A DNA stretch of 32,834 bases from Elusimicrobiota bacterium (GTDB taxonomy: Bacteria; Elusimicrobiota; Elusimicrobia; Elusimicrobiales; UBA9959): the NCBI GenBank assembly GCA_036574205.1, contig JAINCQ010000016.1:1-32834 (forward strand), in the 5' to 3' direction. Below the pieces are notes generated by a model. The model saw nothing but the letters and a program-made list of their open reading frames with translations, was not told the DNA's origin and did not search any database. The translations under genes and the position numbers were made by a program. Numbering within the stretch: position 1 is the first letter of the stretch; every line of letters begins with the position of its first letter. Positions 29,477 to 32,834 of the stretch are shown in pieces.

Positions 29477-30293
29477 TATAGATGGAACGATTATCAAAGC
29501 AGGCGGCGCGGGTTTGAGAGCCTTAAATAAAGCTATATTAGAAATGGGAGGACCATCTGATATATGCAGTCATTTTGAACTTCAGGGTTCAACAGATAGA
29601 GTTAATTTTCAAAATGCTTTTTATTCCGCTTTTAAAAGGATGCCAACGCAAAAAGAATTTAGAAAATTAAGCAAATTATATATAAAATATCTCCCTGAAG
29701 AGGTTGAATATTCTGTTAAAAAAAAGATTTATTTTAAAATTAATGGTATAGAAAAATTTCTTGATTTTTTATCAAAGCAAGATGATATTTTAATAGGTCT
29801 TGGAACAGGGAACTTAAAAGAAGGCGCTTATATAAAACTTAAACCATCAGGGTTATCTCACTATTTTCTTTTTGGCGGATTCGGAGAAAATCATACAAAA
29901 AGAGAGGATATGCTTAAAAAAGCAGTTAAAAATGCTTCTAAAATTTTAAAGAGTAAAATAAGACCTTTTGATGTTTATGTTATTGGAGATACTGAAAAAG
30001 ATATAACTGCGGCAAAAAATCTTGGATATCATTCAGCCTGTGTTCTTGATGGATTTGGAGATAAAAGAAAAATATTTATGGCTGGGCCTGAGCTTATAGA
30101 AAAAGATTTTTCAAATATAGATATCTGGCTTATCTGGCTTGGGCTGAAAAAAGATCCAAAAGGCGTTAAAAGGGGAAGCTATATCTGTCCTGATACCCCA
30201 ATAGAACATGCTTATTATGGAATGACAGGTATTGGCAGCTGGAATGATTTAAACGAAATGCTTGAGGATTTCAGTAAGAAAAAGGGAAGATGA
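29454..30293 (+). CDS. HAD-superfamily hydrolase with a C-terminal extension
   Basis: LFDIDGTI motif I, GTGN, IGDTEKDI motif IV. Confidence 0.9.
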   Translation: MKKVILFDIDGTIIKAGGAGLRALNKAILEMGGPSDICSHFELQGSTDRVNFQNAFYSAFKRMPTQKEFRKLSKLYIKYLPEEVEYSVKKKIYFKINGIEKFLDFLSKQDDILIGLGTGNLKEGAYIKLKPSGLSHYFLFGGFGENHTKREDMLKKAVKNASKILKSKIRPFDVYVIGDTEKDITAAKNLGYHSACVLDGFGDKRKIFMAGPELIEKDFSNIDIWLIWLGLKKDPKGVKRGSYICPDTPIEHAYYGMTGIGSWNDLNEMLEDFSKKKGR

Positions 30294-30927
30294 GATTAGC
30301 TACTTTGCTTTATAGTGGAGGAAAAGATTCTCACTATACACTTTATTACGCGATAAAAAAAGGATATAAGATACCTTTTTTGATAAATCTAAAACCTATT
30401 CCTGCCTCAAAGGGGAAGTATTATTTTAACCATCCGTATTGTCAGAAAATAATAGAGATCCATTCAAGTCTTATGAGGATACCAGTTTTATATTATAGAT
30501 TTGATATTGATAAATATGAACTATTTAAAAATAAAATTGAAATTTTTATGAAGGAAGTATATGAGTTTGCAAGGAAAAAAGCAGGTTTTGATATTAAATT
30601 TTTTTTTACATGGGATAATGACGATATAAAAGCGGAAAAAAAACATATTGAGCAATATAATAGGATAACAAGTTTTTTAACTAAAGAAAAAATAGATTTT
30701 GAATTTCCTTTTTTAAAAAAGAATATGGATTATATAATTAAAAACTGGATATTGAATTTATAGAGGATATGAAAAAGCTTAAAATTTATAAGCCAGATAT
30801 TCAAACTATTGTGGTTGAAAGTCCACTTTTTTGCAAAAGAAAAATAGTTTGTAGTTTTAAAGAAACTCAGACAGAAGAAAATTATTTTTTTGAAATAAAC
30901 GAAAGAATTAAGATTTTATATGAATAA
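30290..30927 (+). pseudogene. frameshifted Dph6/MJ0570-like (diphthine-ammonia ligase family) PP-loop ATPase
   Basis: N-part has LLYSGGKDS and ends at TAG 30763. The -1 frame 30742-30927 continues LDIEFIEDMKKLKIYKPDIQTIVVESPLFCKRKI, matching the family C-terminal ETxVxDxPLFKKxI. Confidence 0.65.
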
Positions 30928-31129
30928 GATATATGATGGGAATATAAATATTTTTTAAAAAATAAAATGTTATTTTAATATGTCACAATGCAGCGTGGAA
31001 AAGAAAACGATAATACCACATCGTTCATACAGGAAAGTTAATCCTATAATGGATAAAAGGGTACTTTTAGAGTTAATGCTTCTTCCTTTACCTTTTTTGG
31101 TTTTATAGTTTATTATTATCCATTAAAAA

Positions 31130-31362
31130 GTTACGATACATATGCGACATTAAGGGTTGATGTTTTTGTTATGCAAAATTTCTTTTTATTTCGTAGAATA
31201 AAAGGCTACAAAAGGGGATATAATATGATGTATAGCCTTAAGAAGTTAAGTGATAGCCAAATGCAAAGGAAAGGATAAAAATAATAAAGTTTTTATGAGC
31301 AATATAGCGAGAAAGCAACGAAGGAAGCATTTGGCGCGGATGGACAAGTAATAAGCAGATGG
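31130..31362 (+). mobile_element. degraded 5' end of an IS481-like element (left end plus frameshifted HTH region)
   Basis: ATG 31171 MQNFFLFRRIKGYKRGYNMMYSLKK / AKERIKIIKF / FYEQYSEKATKEAFGADGQVISRW across two frameshifts. GATACATATGCGAC (~31136-31149) resembles the reverse complement of the IS end at ~103-116. Confidence 0.55.
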
Positions 31363-31375
31363 CATAACCTAAGAT

Positions 31376-31436
31376 AACCTACGAGGTTGGAATTATATTT
31401 GGCAGTGGAGATATGTTCAACCTGCGAGGTTGGAAT
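31376..31436. repeat. two REP-like hairpins AACCT(A/G)CGAGGTTGGAAT, 43 bp apart
   Basis: 31376-31393 and 31419-31436 are 17/18 identical; each folds AACCT-3nt-AGGTT. Confidence 0.7.
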
Positions 31437-31654
31437 AGTTTTATACAATTTATTTAGTTTAAAATAAGATAATTTGAAAAGATAAACTGAGTAATCTTAG
31501 AAATTTTGTCAGGTTTAAAGAGATAAAATAAAAGAAATATTTAAGTATTTCAGCAACTAAGATCAAATAGAAAGGTAGGGATGATGTAAGATAAATTATA
31601 GATAATAACCTAAATATAATCTGATAAAGAATTATTAAGCAAAAGGTTAGCAGA

Positions 31655-31686
31655 ATATCTGTCTGCGCGCACGCACAGACAGATAT
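31655..31686. repeat. REP-like palindrome ATATCTGTCTG-CGCGCACGCA-CAGACAGATAT
   Basis: Perfect 11-bp inverted repeat; related to the outer element at 32342-32401. Confidence 0.75.
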
Positions 31687-31912
31687 GATATACTATAACA
31701 CTGACAGTCCCCATAGCTCATTGTGGATATGAAATTGCTATTAGAGTTAGTTATAAAAGACAAAATATCCAAAAATGTATATAACTCATACAATTATTTG
31801 CAAAATATCAAAAACATGTTGGATAGATTCTTAAGGCCATTAAGCCATAGAATAATATTTGTAAGTCTATTTAAAGGTGTGTAATAAAAAATAGATATAT
31901 CTTCGATACCGG

Positions 31913-31931
31913 ACTGACCGGAGCGGTCAGT
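31913..31931. repeat. GC-rich palindrome ACTGACCG-GAG-CGGTCAGT
   Basis: Perfect 8-bp inverted repeat in otherwise AT-rich DNA. Confidence 0.6.
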
Positions 31932-32050
31932 TGATGGTGTTTTTTTCAAAACAACATCCACTAATTTTACACGGCCATAATTAAACTGTAGATAATTGTT
32001 TTTTTAACCCAAACAAAACTGGTTTTACCTTCCTTAGAAGCTCAAACTGT

Positions 32051-32163
32051 TCCTTCCCCCTTGATGGGGGAAGGTGAAGGATGAGGGTGAAAAATTAAAT
32101 CCCATTGCTGACACCTATTTTCCTCTCCCTCAATGGGAGAGGAGTAAGGTGAGGGTGAAAAAA
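32051..32163. repeat. two tandem REP-like hairpins of the CCCTCTCCC...GGGAGAGGG...GGTGAGGG type
   Basis: CCTTCCCCC-TTGAT-GGGGGAAGG and TCCTCTCCC-TCAAT-GGGAGAGGA, each followed by AAGG(A)TGAGGGTGAAAAA. Confidence 0.8.
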
Positions 32164-32214
32164 GGAGAGGGGATATGACAGTTAAACCGTCTCGAAAGGT
32201 AATATTCATAACAT

Positions 32215-32432
32215 AGAGTTTAAATGATAGGGTTTATGGCTTATATGTTATAGTATTGAAAAACGCCATAGATAATTGAATCGGAAAAACACCAATAAAT
32301 TGGTTTTTAGATTAGCAATTTAAAAATCATAAAAAGTCCAACCTGCCTGTGCGTGTCCGCCTGACTGCGAGTGTCTTCGCTCAGGCAGGCACGCAGACAG
32401 GTATGTATCGATATGATTGATATGATATCTTA
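32215..32432 (+). mobile_element. degenerate copy of the IS481-like 3' end seen at 1-127, interrupted by a 60-bp palindromic insertion
   Basis: AAAACACCAAT..ATTGGTTTTTAGAT.AGCAATTTAAAAATCATAAAAAGTCCAA is shared with ~53-108; the match resumes TATGTAT.GATAT...GATATCTTA after the insertion. Confidence 0.85.
32342..32401. repeat. nested GC-rich palindromic insertion (a REP-like element inside another)
   Basis: Outer CCTGCCTGTGCGTGT...CACGCAGACAGG; inner CCGCCTGA...TCAGGCAGG (32357-32389); absent from the homologous site at 108/109. Confidence 0.8.
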
Positions 32433-32707
32433 GGTAATGTCAATAATTTTGTGTAATTTCTCAAAAATTGGGTATCCTCCATTATATTCAAATTGTTGCT
32501 ATATTTTTTATTCATTCTATAAAATATTGCATATATTATCCTTTCTAAACTATCCCTATTTTGAAAACAAATCATTGTCCGCGTCCTTCTTCTTACTTCA
32601 CGAAACACCCTCTCTATTGCATTTGTCGTTCGTAAGTGCTTGGAAAATTCCTTAGGACATCTGTAAAAATTCAGTAACTCATCTATATCTTCTTCTAAAC
32701 ATTTAAC
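32433..32707 (-). mobile_element. truncated IS256-family element: transposase C-terminus plus right inverted repeat
   Basis: Minus frame VKCLEEDIDELLNFYRCPKEFSKHLRTTNAIERVFREVRRRTR...LERIIYAIF...YTKLLTLP; IR GGTAATGTCAATAATTTTGTGTAA at 32433-32456. Confidence 0.88.
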
Positions 32708-32834
32708 GGATGTTATAATAATATTGTGTCTAGTTTAGAAAGGAAAGGAGGATTAATGGAACAAGAGACATTTGAAAAGATTAAAGACAAAGCAATTGAA
32801 ACAGTGCTTGAGAAATATTTTGGTGAAAACATAA
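32708..32834 (+). mobile_element. probable left end of a second IS256-like element with the start of its ORF (ATG 32756, runs off the window)
   Basis: GGATGTTATAATAATATTGTGTCT has GG, AATAAT and TTGTGT in the same register as the IR at 32433; AAAGGAGG RBS; MEQETFEKIKDKAIETVLEKYFGENI... Confidence 0.5.

Noticed and set aside
30738..30746. Programmed -1 frameshift in the Dph6-like gene
   Set aside because: T AAA AAC is not a canonical slippery heptamer, no downstream stimulatory hairpin is evident, and a conserved segment seems deleted.
31376..31436. CRISPR array
   Set aside because: Only two 18-bp units with one 25-nt spacer, and no cas genes in the window.
1..32432. Composite transposon bounded by the two IS481-like copies
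   Set aside because: The enclosed DNA is essential housekeeping genes and the right copy is far more decayed; independent insertions are more likely.
32437..32655. 72-aa plus-strand ORF
   Set aside because: It is antisense to the IS256 transposase fragment.

Overview
AT-rich bacterial chromosomal window. All intact genes are on the + strand. Gene content suggests a diderm, possibly Elusimicrobiota-like (tentative inference). About 30 kb is housekeeping: rpmI-rplT-pheS-pheT, glmM-pdxJ-glmS-nnrD-thiL-tsaE-tsaB-rimI, a TPR protein, ispE-spoVG-tRNA-Gln(TTG), yajQ, a WG-repeat protein, an SPFH protein, hemW, valS, a TIGR03546/TIGR03545 pair, a polyprenyl synthase with menA, hutI and a HAD hydrolase. 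The standout is a compact four-gene candidate RiPP operon right after tRNA-Gln (15338-17051). It encodes a stand-alone PqqD/RRE, an unannotated 45-aa precursor missed by the ORF track (15582-15719; YxxP leader, Ala-Leu-Ala then a Cys-containing core), a soluble S24/S26 Ser-His peptidase and a radical SAM/SPASM enzyme. Other observations: a probable TPR-LolB-like fusion, a structured intergenic RNA candidate before pdxJ, three apparently leaderless genes, a Ycf46-like gene stub and a frameshifted Dph6-like PP-loop ATPase. The last 1.7 kb is a layered graveyard of IS481-like and IS256 remnants with several REP-like palindrome families. Family assignments come from motif recognition, not database searches.
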